DNA of 64,000 nt from Bdellovibrionales bacterium (GTDB lineage: Bacteria; Bdellovibrionota; Bdellovibrionia; Bdellovibrionales; UBA1609): positions 38,419-102,418 of the forward strand of contig JABSOQ010000003.1 of assembly GCA_013216195.1 (NCBI GenBank), in the 5' to 3' direction. The translations under genes were made by a program, and so were the position numbers. Under the pieces are notes generated by a model that worked only from the letters and a program-made list of their open reading frames with translations, searched no databases and was not told the origin of the DNA. Shown here piece by piece: positions 33,210 through 42,935 of this stretch (positions within the stretch are counted from its first letter, which is position 1; every line of letters starts with the position of its first letter).

Positions 33210-36200
33210 TTAAGGGCAGAGGCTGAGCACATACTTGAGCTCTTCATAAACCTTCGGCCAAGTGATCTCTTTCATTCGTATATTGAGCCGTTGATCTGGG
33301 GTCAGCGAGTATTTTTTGTTTGGTCTATTCGTGAGCTCAATCACTTTTTTAACTGGCAAACGAGTCTGGTCGGTGAAGCTCAAAGAGATACTTCTCGGGC
33401 CCGAGCTAAGATCTCGAACAGCGAGCTGCTTACACAACATTCTGAGCAACATGATACCCATAAGGTTGTGAACTTCCTCCGGTGGTTTACCGAATTGGTC
33501 ACGCAACTGGTCTTCAATCTCATCAAGCTGATACTCTTCTTTGATGTCACTCAAAGTCTTATAGATACCAAGTCGAATTTTAATATCTGGGATGTAACCG
33601 TCAGGTATCAGCGCCGGAATTCTTAAATTGATCTCAGGGTCTACAACTTGATCAATAGGAGGTTCTCCTCGAGCTTCTCTTACGGCCTCTTCAAGAAGCT
33701 CAAGGTACAGTTCATAACCTACGGCATTGATGTGTCCGCTTTGGTGTTCCCCCAGTAGATCTCCCGATCCACGTATCTCGAGATCGTACTGGGCAATACG
33801 CAGGCCACTGCCAAGGGCCGTGTTCTCCTGTAGCACTTTGAGTCTTTCTTGGGCGTCTTTCTCAAGTCTCTTGCCAGGTGGCACTAGAAGATAACAGTAA
33901 GCTCTTTCTTTACTACGACCGACTCTGCCCCTCAGTTGGTAAAGCTGACTGAGACCAAACTGGTGCGCATCGTTAATGAACATCGTATTCGCTTTCGGTA
34001 TATCAACACCCGATTCGATAATTGTAGTGCACAAAAGCAAATCGATTTCATGGTTAAAAAAAGAAACCATGACTTTTTCGAGTTCGCCTTCCTCCATCTG
34101 CCCATGACCGACAGCCATTCGAATCTCAGGAAGCACGGTTCTCAACTCGTCAGCCAAGGCGTAAATCGACTGAACTCGGTTGTGCACAAAAAATACCTGA
34201 CCACCACGTGCAGTCTCATTTAGGACGGCACGGCGAATACTCTCTTTATCGAACTTGGTGACAAACGTTCTAGTTGGCAACCTGTCTTGTGGTGCAGAGT
34301 TGATAATGCTGAGGTCTCTAATACCCATCAAAGACATATTCAACGTTCTGGGTATAGGAGTCGCCGACATAGCTAGTGTGTCTACGCTTGCCTTTAGTTT
34401 TCGTAGCCGTTCTTTATGTCTAACGCCGAATTTCTGCTCTTCATCTATAATCAACAGACCAAGATCTTTAAACTCAACGTCTTTGCTGAGAAGCCTATGA
34501 GTACCTAGCACAATGTCGACTTTGCCAGCTTTAAGATCGTCAACTGTCTTTCTGGCATCGGCTTTTGAAACAAACCGATTTAACAACCGTATTTCGAGGG
34601 GCCACCCTTTGAATCGTCTTCGAAAGCTTTCATAATGCTGATAGGTCAAAACAGTAGTTGGTGCAATGACACAAACCTGTCTTCTGTCTTGTGCGCATTT
34701 AAAGGCTGCACGCATCGCCACTTCGGTTTTACCAAAGCCGACATCGCCGCAGACTAGACGATCCATTGGTTTGTCTTGAGTGAGATCACTTACTACATCA
34801 TTGATGGCTTTGATTTGATCCTGAGTTTCAGTGTAAGGAAACGCCGATTCGAAATTGATAAAGTCTGCATCAGGTATGGAGAATGGGGGCCTGGTAAGTT
34901 GCTCCCTTTCGCTGTAGAGTTTGAGTAGCTCAGCCGCCATGTCACGAAGGTGGCTTTTGACCTTGGTTTTGGTTTTCTCCCATTGACCACCACCGAGTTT
35001 AGCAACAGCCCCAGTGCTCGATGGACCAGAAAATTTTTGAATCTGTCCTACCTTGTAAACAGGGACGTAGAGCCGATCTTTGTCTTTGTAATCTATTTGA
35101 ATAAACTCAGAGTCAACGCCTTGAATCGACATCACTTTGAGCCCTTTAAAGACACCTAAGCCATGTTGTTTGTGAACAACAAAGTCACCGTCTTTCAATT
35201 CAGAGAAACTAAGTAGCCCAGCTTTTTCTTGAAACTCCTCTTTTGAGGATCTTTTCGTATTTGATCTACGAGAACCAAAGATGTCTTCATCTTTTAAAAA
35301 GACAATGTTGTCATCTTGAAGTCTGAAGCTTTCACTGAGTGTTTTGGTGATCAAATGAATACATTTGGGATCAGCTTTTTGTGATTCTACCCATTGAGAC
35401 CAATTAAACTCATTTTCATCGACGATTTCAGGCTTAAGCTCAATGCGCTGTAAGAAGCTCACTAACCTTTCAGCCTGGCTATGACTGGCACAAGTAACAA
35501 ACAGTGAATGCCCTGTTTGTCGCCATTGCTTGAATCTTTCAGAAAGTTTTTGAGCTAGTATGTCAGTCTGAGCTCTGTAGGGGCTCACCGCTCCGACAAA
35601 ATCTCGAAGACCAGAAACAGAGAATTGAAAAGTTGGTATTTCCTCGCCGGTCTGCTCGATGATTTCAATTTTATCGAGCAACACCAAGTTCTGGCTGTCT
35701 TCTAGCTTCACTTTATCAAATGAGCACAGAATATCTTCTGGCTCTGGGTGAACAGGGTGTTCAGAGCTTTCGCCATAATCAAATTTGTAATTCGCATGAA
35801 GCTCATCAAGTGTTCTCTGACATTCTGAACTCTCGAGAATGAAAAGTTTTGGCTTATCAAGAAAATAATCAAGCGGTTGAGATAAGTTGTCGTACAGCTG
35901 AGGAAGAAGAAACTCCATGCCGTGAAAGTAAGTCTGGCGATTAATACTAATCAGAATCTCTTTTTTGTCGCGCTCAGAAACGCCGCGGGCATCCCAATCT
36001 TTTGAGATAGCGCCCACAAATTCAGCCAGTGAATCGTCCTGATAAAGTGCCTCTGCTGCTGGCGGAATATCAACCCGGTTAACCTGTTTCAAGCTTCTTT
36101 GAGTGGTTGAATCGAACAGTCTTATTGATTCAATCTCGTCGCCAAACAGTTCGATACGAATGGGGTTTTTATATGCAGTTGAGAAAATATCAACGATACT

Positions 36201-36746
36201 GCCCCGAACGGCATACTGCCCCCATGATTCAACAAGCGAAGAGGGTAAATAACCAATTTCACTGAGCTTTTGAACTGTTGAGTCGTTCCATTGGTCGCCC
36301 GCGGAAATAGAAAAAGTCTTATCAGTGAAAACATCAGCGGGTATCGTGTTTTGAGCTAAACTCTGAATAGTGGCAGTAAAGAACTCGCCAACTTTCGCAC
36401 GCTGAGCACGGTAAAGCCAGTGGAGCCGGTTTGCGATAACCGAATGACTAGAATACAGGTTTGCGTAAGGGCTAACATCATGGTGTGGCAGCTTTGCAAC
36501 GTACGACTGTGGGTCAAAAAAGCTCAGTGAATTTGCAAAGGCTCTTTCTTGATCTTCGTTTGCAAAGACGAACACACATCCTGAAAAAGAATCAAATTTT
36601 CCACTAGAAACCAAAGCAGCCAGTGCTACGGGGGAGTTCAACCCTAAAAGCTTACAAGGCCCGGGTTCGTTCTCTAACTTGGTCAACAACCCATGCGGAA
36701 GTTGAAGCGGGAGAGATTCGATTGAGAAAGCAGACTCTTGACTCAT
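33210..36746 (-). CDS. mfd: Transcription-repair coupling factor Mfd
   Basis: 1178 aa. Helicase motif I GDVGFGKTEVAMRAA, motif II IIDEEQKFG, and a TRG-type region. Confidence 0.95.
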   Translation of the reverse strand: MSQESAFSIESLPLQLPHGLLTKLENEPGPCKLLGLNSPVALAALVSSGKFDSFSGCVFVFANEDQERAFANSLSFFDPQSYVAKLPHHDVSPYANLYSSHSVIANRLHWLYRAQRAKVGEFFTATIQSLAQNTIPADVFTDKTFSISAGDQWNDSTVQKLSEIGYLPSSLVESWGQYAVRGSIVDIFSTAYKNPIRIELFGDEIESIRLFDSTTQRSLKQVNRVDIPPAAEALYQDDSLAEFVGAISKDWDARGVSERDKKEILISINRQTYFHGMEFLLPQLYDNLSQPLDYFLDKPKLFILESSECQRTLDELHANYKFDYGESSEHPVHPEPEDILCSFDKVKLEDSQNLVLLDKIEIIEQTGEEIPTFQFSVSGLRDFVGAVSPYRAQTDILAQKLSERFKQWRQTGHSLFVTCASHSQAERLVSFLQRIELKPEIVDENEFNWSQWVESQKADPKCIHLITKTLSESFRLQDDNIVFLKDEDIFGSRRSNTKRSSKEEFQEKAGLLSFSELKDGDFVVHKQHGLGVFKGLKVMSIQGVDSEFIQIDYKDKDRLYVPVYKVGQIQKFSGPSSTGAVAKLGGGQWEKTKTKVKSHLRDMAAELLKLYSEREQLTRPPFSIPDADFINFESAFPYTETQDQIKAINDVVSDLTQDKPMDRLVCGDVGFGKTEVAMRAAFKCAQDRRQVCVIAPTTVLTYQHYESFRRRFKGWPLEIRLLNRFVSKADARKTVDDLKAGKVDIVLGTHRLLSKDVEFKDLGLLIIDEEQKFGVRHKERLRKLKASVDTLAMSATPIPRTLNMSLMGIRDLSIINSAPQDRLPTRTFVTKFDKESIRRAVLNETARGGQVFFVHNRVQSIYALADELRTVLPEIRMAVGHGQMEEGELEKVMVSFFNHEIDLLLCTTIIESGVDIPKANTMFINDAHQFGLSQLYQLRGRVGRSKERAYCYLLVPPGKRLEKDAQERLKVLQENTALGSGLRIAQYDLEIRGSGDLLGEHQSGHINAVGYELYLELLEEAVREARGEPPIDQVVDPEINLRIPALIPDGYIPDIKIRLGIYKTLSDIKEEYQLDEIEDQLRDQFGKPPEEVHNLMGIMLLRMLCKQLAVRDLSSGPRSISLSFTDQTRLPVKKVIELTNRPNKKYSLTPDQRLNIRMKEITWPKVYEELKYVLSLCP

Positions 36747-37001
36747 TGCTCCACTGTTTCTATCAGAAATATTAGGGCTTTAATGTATCGCGTTACAAAG
36801 TGTTCGGTAAAATTGTGGCCCTTTTCAACGGTTCGTTTCGAATGATGCCCTAGGTGCTCGAAGCCTTCAATCTGCAACTTCAAATCGGTGAAAATTCTCG
36901 TTGCTTATCGGGGCTAAAAACCGTTCTTATCTCTTGGTTTTACGGATAGGCGCTTGTATATTGTGGCGATTTCCAAAACAGCACATAGATGGAGTCTCAA
37001 C

Positions 37002-37373
37002 ATGACTGAGCTGATACCCGTTTTTGCCCTTACGGGTTTTGTAATTCTATTTGGCCTTGCGCTCGTTTTTGCAACCAGCCTTCTAGGCCCAAAAACCAAA
37101 CAATCAAAGGTGAAACAGCTCGCCTACGAGTGTGGCTTAGAAGGCGAAGGCGCTGATTCAACCAAAGTGCCTGTTAAATTTTACCTGACAGCCATTTTAT
37201 TCATTCTTTTCGATATCGAAATTATCTTCATGTACCCGTGGGCGCTGGCTTACAAAGACTTCATAGCGACAGGCAGAGGCCTTTTTATTTTTTCATCAAT
37301 GGCCGTTTTTCTGGCCATCTTCATCTTTGGTTTGTTTTGGGAGATTCGTTCCAAAGCATTGGAGTGGGAGTAA
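37002..37373 (+). CDS. nuoA: NADH-quinone oxidoreductase subunit A
   Basis: Contains YECGLEG...KFYLTAILFILFDIEIIFMYPWA. The start is placed at the ATG at 37002 (MTELIP). Confidence 0.9.
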   Translation: MTELIPVFALTGFVILFGLALVFATSLLGPKTKQSKVKQLAYECGLEGEGADSTKVPVKFYLTAILFILFDIEIIFMYPWALAYKDFIATGRGLFIFSSMAVFLAIFIFGLFWEIRSKALEWE

Positions 37374-37376
37374 TTC

Positions 37377-38570
37377 ATGGGCGTCGATTTATTTGAGATA
37401 ACAGTAAATCTGGTAAAAATGATTTTCATCTTCGTGATGATGGTAAACGCTGTACCTCTGTTGGTTTGGGTAGAGAGGAGAGGGTCTGCATTCATTCAAA
37501 ACAGATATGGGCCGAACCGTGTTGGTCCTTTGGGCTTGGTTCAACTTCTTGCAGATGCCGTAAAGTTTATCTTTAAAGAAGAGTTCGTTCCTGGAAAGGG
37601 CCATAGGCTGGTTTTTTATCTAGCACCAGTGGTCGCATTGATTCCAGGTGCTTTGGCCTTTGCCGCAATTCCTCTCTCTATGCCAATTGAATTGGGTGAA
37701 TTTTCGCAAATACCTCTTGGGCTATTTACTATCGATCTTGGCGAAACTTATGGTCCTTACCGTTTCGCTTTTCAGGGTTATGAAATCGGAATCGGGATCG
37801 TCTTTGTGTTGGGTGTTTCTTCTCTAGCTGCCTATGCCCTTCTTATGGCGGGTTGGGGCTCTGCCAATAAATACTCTCTTTACGGTGCTCTAAGAGCTTC
37901 GGCGCAAACTATTAGCTATGAATTGGCTCTAGGCCTATCGCTTGTGGGCATTTTGCTTCTTTTTAACACTTTCAACTTTAAAGAAATCGTTGAGATTCAA
38001 AGCCAGGCGCTCACGTTCTCTTTTCTTGGCTCACAGATGACTGTGCCTTATCTGCCGAACTGGGGCATTATCTATCAGCCAGTAGGAGCCATTATCTTCT
38101 TTGCAGCTATGTTTGCTGAAACAAACAGGCTGCCTTTCGATTTGCCTGAAGCTGAAGCCGAATTGGTTGCTGGCTATCATACAGAGTATGGTGGCATCAA
38201 AATGAACATGTTCTACATTGGTGAATATGGTCACATGTTAGTTGCCTCTGCACTAATGGTGACCTTTTACTTTGGCGGCTACACACTTTACCCGTTCTTT
38301 ACGCCCGAAACAGTGAATCAGTTTTGGTCTGAGACAATGGGGTTGACGGGCAATCCTGTGGCTCTTCTGTCATCTCTTTCGTTGCACTTGGTGTTTATGG
38401 TTAAGTTGGTGATCTTCTTGTGGGTTTTTATTCATGTTCGATGGACTCTTCCACGTTTTAGATACGATCAACTTATGGACCTAGGCTGGAAGACCATGTT
38501 GCCTTGGGCTTTGGCCAATACAATTCTTACCGCCGTGGTCATTTTGATCATGAGAGCAGCTTGGAGTTAA
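37377..38570 (+). CDS. nuoH: NADH-quinone oxidoreductase subunit H
   Basis: 397 aa. Contains VWVERRGSAFIQNRYGPNRVGPLGLVQLLADAVKF and ETNRLPFDLPEAEAELVAGYHTEYGG. Confidence 0.95.
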   Translation: MGVDLFEITVNLVKMIFIFVMMVNAVPLLVWVERRGSAFIQNRYGPNRVGPLGLVQLLADAVKFIFKEEFVPGKGHRLVFYLAPVVALIPGALAFAAIPLSMPIELGEFSQIPLGLFTIDLGETYGPYRFAFQGYEIGIGIVFVLGVSSLAAYALLMAGWGSANKYSLYGALRASAQTISYELALGLSLVGILLLFNTFNFKEIVEIQSQALTFSFLGSQMTVPYLPNWGIIYQPVGAIIFFAAMFAETNRLPFDLPEAEAELVAGYHTEYGGIKMNMFYIGEYGHMLVASALMVTFYFGGYTLYPFFTPETVNQFWSETMGLTGNPVALLSSLSLHLVFMVKLVIFLWVFIHVRWTLPRFRYDQLMDLGWKTMLPWALANTILTAVVILIMRAAWS

Positions 38571-38574
38571 TTAG

Positions 38575-39108
38575 ATGTTAGGAGCGGCAATACCATTTTA
38601 CATACTATCGTTTCTGGTTCTATTTTTTGCTTATAAAACCATTACCTCACCAAACCCAATTCACTGTGCTCTGCATCTTGCGATCACCATGATCAACCTG
38701 GCCTTCATTTTCTTCGGCTTGAATTCTCCATTTATTGGTGGTGTTCAGTTGGTCGTGTATGCTGGAGCGGTGATGGTTCTTTTCGTCATGGTTCTGATGC
38801 TCTTTGACCTAAAGACCGAGGTTCGAGCCTTTTCAAGAGGTTTGTTTTCAAGCTTTTTAAAGGTTGCGTCTTCAGGCTTTCTGGCGGGCATCTTGATCGT
38901 CGGCGTGTTGATGTCTACAGATATGCTCGATGTAACTTCAGATAGTGTTGGCGTGGGTGTTAAGGCGACTTCTTCTACTGACATAGCCTTGTTGTTGTTT
39001 AACCAATATGTTTTTGCATTTGAGGTACTCGGTCTTCTTCTGCTTTTAGTGGCTGTTGGTGCTGTCGCTGTTTCTCGAATTCCAGGAGGTACTCATGCCA
39101 ATGACTGA
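38575..39108 (+). CDS. nuoJ: NADH-quinone oxidoreductase subunit J
   Basis: 177-aa hydrophobic protein. Contains GGVQLVVYAGAVMVLFVMVLML. Confidence 0.85.
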   Translation: MLGAAIPFYILSFLVLFFAYKTITSPNPIHCALHLAITMINLAFIFFGLNSPFIGGVQLVVYAGAVMVLFVMVLMLFDLKTEVRAFSRGLFSSFLKVASSGFLAGILIVGVLMSTDMLDVTSDSVGVGVKATSSTDIALLLFNQYVFAFEVLGLLLLLVAVGAVAVSRIPGGTHAND

Positions 39109-39421
39109 GGCTTTTCTTAATGTAGGTTTGAACCACTATCTTATACTTTCTGCACTTTTGTTTACCATGGGAATGATTGGCGTTCTTATGAGAAAGAACG
39201 TGATTGTGATCCTTATGGGTATTGAATTGATGTTGAACGCTGTGAACTTGTCGTTCATTTCATTCTCGTCTTACTCAGGTAATTTAAATGGTCAGATTAT
39301 GGTGTTTTTCGTAATGACAATTGCTGCCGCAGAAGCTGCTGTTGGTTTGGCTCTCGCTGTTGCGATTTATAAACGCTATAAAGAAATCAATATTCGCTTT
39401 TTCGAACAACTCAGAGGATAG
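39095..39421 (+). CDS. nuoK: NADH-quinone oxidoreductase subunit K
   Basis: Contains GIELMLNAVNL...AAAEAAVGLAL. The AGGAGG Shine-Dalgarno lies 5 nt upstream of the ATG at 39095. Confidence 0.9.
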   Translation: MPMTEAFLNVGLNHYLILSALLFTMGMIGVLMRKNVIVILMGIELMLNAVNLSFISFSSYSGNLNGQIMVFFVMTIAAAEAAVGLALAVAIYKRYKEINIRFFEQLRG

Positions 39422-39430
39422 GCTCAATAA

Positions 39431-41365
39431 ATGAACGAACAGCTCTTACTCGGATTACTCGTCGTCCTTCCCTTCTTGGGCTTTTTATTTAACGGTATTC
39501 GGTTTACCAGCAAGAACTACAAGCTGGCCGGAACAGTTGCCAGCACCGCCTCGGGTCTGTGCTTTCTTATCTCATTGACCTTGGTTGCCAAGCTCATTGG
39601 AATGCCTGAGGGAGAGAGGGTTATAACATCCCACTTTTTTGACTGGTTTTTAGCTGGTGATTTTTCAGTCTCGGCATCCTTTCTGCTTGATCCTATCAAT
39701 GCGGTTATGATTTTGGTGATCACCGGAGTCGGAACACTCATTCATATCTTTTCGATCGGTTACATCTCTCATGACGAGAGACCATCAAAATATTTTGCCT
39801 ATTTAAACCTGTTCTTAATGAACATGTTAATTTTGGTCCTAGGTGACAACTTGCTAGTTATGTTTGTTGGCTGGGAGGGTGTTGGCCTTTGTAGTTATCT
39901 ACTGATTGGTTTCTGGTTTTCTGATCCTGAAAAAGCCGCAGCCGGCATGAAAGCCTTCATCACGAACAGAATTGGTGATGCTGGTTTCTTACTAGGTATA
40001 TTTATGTTGTTCCTGTCTTTCGGAACAGTAACTTTCTCTGAAATCGCCACACGGCTGCCAGAGACGGCAGAGATGATGTGGACTGGGCCCATCACTTTGG
40101 CCTGCTTGTTTCTCTTCATTGGCGCAACTGGTAAGTCGGCTCAGATTCCACTTTATGTATGGCTTCCTGATGCTATGGCCGGGCCAACTCCTGTCTCTGC
40201 TCTAATTCACGCAGCAACTATGGTGACTGCTGGTGTGTATATGATCGTGAGAATGAGTGATGTGTTTGTTCTGGCGCCACTGGTTATGAATGTCATTGCG
40301 ATAATCGGCGCACTGACCGCGTTGGGAGCGGCAACAATTGGCATGACCCAGTGGGATATCAAAAAGATTTTGGCCTACTCCACAGTTTCACAGCTTGGTT
40401 ACATGTTTTTGGCAGTAGGCGTAGGAGCCTTTATCCCGGCGATGTTTCACCTTATGACTCACGCCTTTTTTAAAGCCTTGATGTTTTTGGGTTCTGGTAG
40501 CGTGATTCATGCTATGGCTGATGAACAAGACGTAAGAAAGATGGGTGGCCTCAAAAAGTACATGCCAATTACTCATTTCACGTTCTTGTTAGGGTGGTTG
40601 GCAATTATAGGAGCGCCTCCTTTAGCTGGGTTCTTTAGCAAAGATGAAATTCTTTGGTACAGTTTTGCTAGTCCGGCAGGTCATTGGTCTCTTTGGGTTG
40701 CTGGTGTGATTGCGGCCGGTTGTACAGCTTTTTATATGACCCGTTTGATGTGTCTTACTTTCTGGGGTGAGAGCAGAGTGCCTAAAGAGGTGCACCCACA
40801 CGAGTCTCCTGTTTCAATGACTTTTCCGCTGATTGTGCTGGGTGTGTTGAGCGTTGTCGGTGGTTGGATAGGTATCCCTCATGTGCTTGGTGCAATCATT
40901 CCTGGGCACCCGCCAAATGTGCTTGAACACTGGTTGGAGCCAGTGGTTCGAATGCTAAAGCCAGAACACGCATCAGCTGCAGTTGAGTTTGCTCTGATGG
41001 GCATCTCTCTGTCAGTAGCTGGAATTAGCGCTTATTTTGCTTACGATTTCTATCTTGTTCACAAAGATCGGCCGACAATGGTTACCAAAAAGTTGGGTGG
41101 TCTCTATAGCCTGGTGTCTGACAAGTACCGCATCGATGAGTTTTACTTTGGCAGAATCATCAACCCATTGATCGATTTGAGTAAAGGTCTCTGGTTGTAT
41201 ATCGACATAAATTTTATCGACAAGATGACCTACCTTGCCTCTGATATGGTCAAGGGGTCAGGTCAATTTTTGCGCAGTCTACAAAACGGAAACCTTCAAC
41301 AATACGCCTTGTACATCTCACTTGGTGTTGTTGTGACCATTACATATATATTAATGGGGTCTTAA
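39431..41365 (+). CDS. nuoL: NADH-quinone oxidoreductase subunit L
   Basis: 644-aa antiporter-like subunit. Contains WEGVGLCSYLLIGFW and SALIHAATMVTAGVY. Confidence 0.95.
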   Translation: MNEQLLLGLLVVLPFLGFLFNGIRFTSKNYKLAGTVASTASGLCFLISLTLVAKLIGMPEGERVITSHFFDWFLAGDFSVSASFLLDPINAVMILVITGVGTLIHIFSIGYISHDERPSKYFAYLNLFLMNMLILVLGDNLLVMFVGWEGVGLCSYLLIGFWFSDPEKAAAGMKAFITNRIGDAGFLLGIFMLFLSFGTVTFSEIATRLPETAEMMWTGPITLACLFLFIGATGKSAQIPLYVWLPDAMAGPTPVSALIHAATMVTAGVYMIVRMSDVFVLAPLVMNVIAIIGALTALGAATIGMTQWDIKKILAYSTVSQLGYMFLAVGVGAFIPAMFHLMTHAFFKALMFLGSGSVIHAMADEQDVRKMGGLKKYMPITHFTFLLGWLAIIGAPPLAGFFSKDEILWYSFASPAGHWSLWVAGVIAAGCTAFYMTRLMCLTFWGESRVPKEVHPHESPVSMTFPLIVLGVLSVVGGWIGIPHVLGAIIPGHPPNVLEHWLEPVVRMLKPEHASAAVEFALMGISLSVAGISAYFAYDFYLVHKDRPTMVTKKLGGLYSLVSDKYRIDEFYFGRIINPLIDLSKGLWLYIDINFIDKMTYLASDMVKGSGQFLRSLQNGNLQQYALYISLGVVVTITYILMGS

Positions 41366-41366
41366 G

Positions 41367-42935
41367 ATGTTGTTGAGCTTATTGATTTTTCTACCACTGG
41401 TTTATGCCCTGATCGTAATGGCCTTACCTGCAAGATTTTCTCGGCCAGTTAGTTTGGCCCTTTCAGGTCTTCACTTTGTTTTCAGCTTAGTTCTTTTGGC
41501 TAGATTTGATGTGACAACTGCTGATTTGCAATTTGTCGAACAGATGGACTGGGTTAAGTCTTTTGGCATTAGTTACTTCGTAGGCATTGATGGCATTTCA
41601 CTTTGGCTGGTTATGCTCACCACTTTCCTAACACCCTTGACCATTTTGGGTAGCTGGACGGCGATAACAGACAAAGTTAAAGGCTTTCACGTCGCAATGT
41701 TGGCTCTAGAAGCTACTATGATCGGTACTTTTCTCGCGATGGACGCGGTTTTGTTTTACGTCTTTTTTGAGGCCTCACTGATTCCGATGTACTTTATGAT
41801 CGGTATTTGGGGTGGAGCTCGAAGAATTTATGCAACCGTTAAGTTTTTCATCTACACCATGTTCGGCTCGCTTTTCATGCTAGTGGCTCTTATCGCTTTG
41901 ATGTTCATGACTCAAGAGATGCTTGGTGGCCAGATGAGTGCAAGCATTCTAGATTTCTATAAGTTAGAGATCCCTTTTGTGGCTGGTCAATTTCTGAACT
42001 CGCAAACTCTACTTTTCTTTGCCTTTGCTCTGGCCTTCGCAATTAAAGTTCCGATGTTTCCATTTCATACTTGGTTGCCAGATGCTCACGTTGAGGCACC
42101 AACACCAGGTTCTGTTATCTTAGCTGGTGTGATGCTGAAGATGGGAACATACGGGTTCATGAGACTGGGTCTGCCTCTGTTTCCAGAAGCTGTTGAGTAC
42201 TGGTCGTGGTTGTTTATGTTACTAGCAGTAGTTGGCATCATCTACGGAGCTTTGGTTGCGATGGTTCAACCTGATATCAAAAAATTGGTAGCATATTCAT
42301 CTGTATCGCACATGGGCTACGTGGTTTTGGGTCTATTTGCCTTTAATGCCTATGGTCTTACAGGTGGGCTATATCAGATGTTAAATCACGGTATCAGCAC
42401 AGGTGCTCTGTTCCTAATGGTAGGGATGATCTACGAAAGAACACATTCTAGAGAAATTTCTCAGTATGGCGGGCTTGCGAAGGCTGCACCTTGGTACACA
42501 ATTCTGTTTGTCATTGTGACCATGTCTTCGATCGCGGTACCGATGACTAATGGTTTTATTGGTGAGTTTTTGATTCTTCTAGGTGGCTTCGAAGCCAACC
42601 CAATTTTCGGAGCGATGGCTGTTCTAGGTGTCGTTTTAGGTGCTTCTTACATGCTTTGGATGGTGAAAAGAGTGTTCTTTGGCGGAGAGGGTGAGATTGT
42701 CACCAAATATAAGTCGGCCGGGCTCGACCTCAATATTAGAGAAGCAGTAGTCATGGCTCCACTTATTGTTTTGATTTTTTGGATGGGTATCTTTCCTAAT
42801 CACTTTCTTAGAGGTTCAAAAGCAAGTCTCGAGCATCTCGAGAAGAATATGCGAACTTACGAGCTGGGTATTCACAACCCTTCTCAAAAGGACCAATCCG
42901 AGAAATATAGCATGGCTGAAGAAAGAGGCGAGTAA
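41367..42935 (+). CDS. nuoM: NADH-quinone oxidoreductase subunit M
   Basis: 522 aa. Contains KVPMFPFHTWLPDAHVEAPTPGSVILAGVMLKMGTYG. Confidence 0.95.
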   Translation: MLLSLLIFLPLVYALIVMALPARFSRPVSLALSGLHFVFSLVLLARFDVTTADLQFVEQMDWVKSFGISYFVGIDGISLWLVMLTTFLTPLTILGSWTAITDKVKGFHVAMLALEATMIGTFLAMDAVLFYVFFEASLIPMYFMIGIWGGARRIYATVKFFIYTMFGSLFMLVALIALMFMTQEMLGGQMSASILDFYKLEIPFVAGQFLNSQTLLFFAFALAFAIKVPMFPFHTWLPDAHVEAPTPGSVILAGVMLKMGTYGFMRLGLPLFPEAVEYWSWLFMLLAVVGIIYGALVAMVQPDIKKLVAYSSVSHMGYVVLGLFAFNAYGLTGGLYQMLNHGISTGALFLMVGMIYERTHSREISQYGGLAKAAPWYTILFVIVTMSSIAVPMTNGFIGEFLILLGGFEANPIFGAMAVLGVVLGASYMLWMVKRVFFGGEGEIVTKYKSAGLDLNIREAVVMAPLIVLIFWMGIFPNHFLRGSKASLEHLEKNMRTYELGIHNPSQKDQSEKYSMAEERGE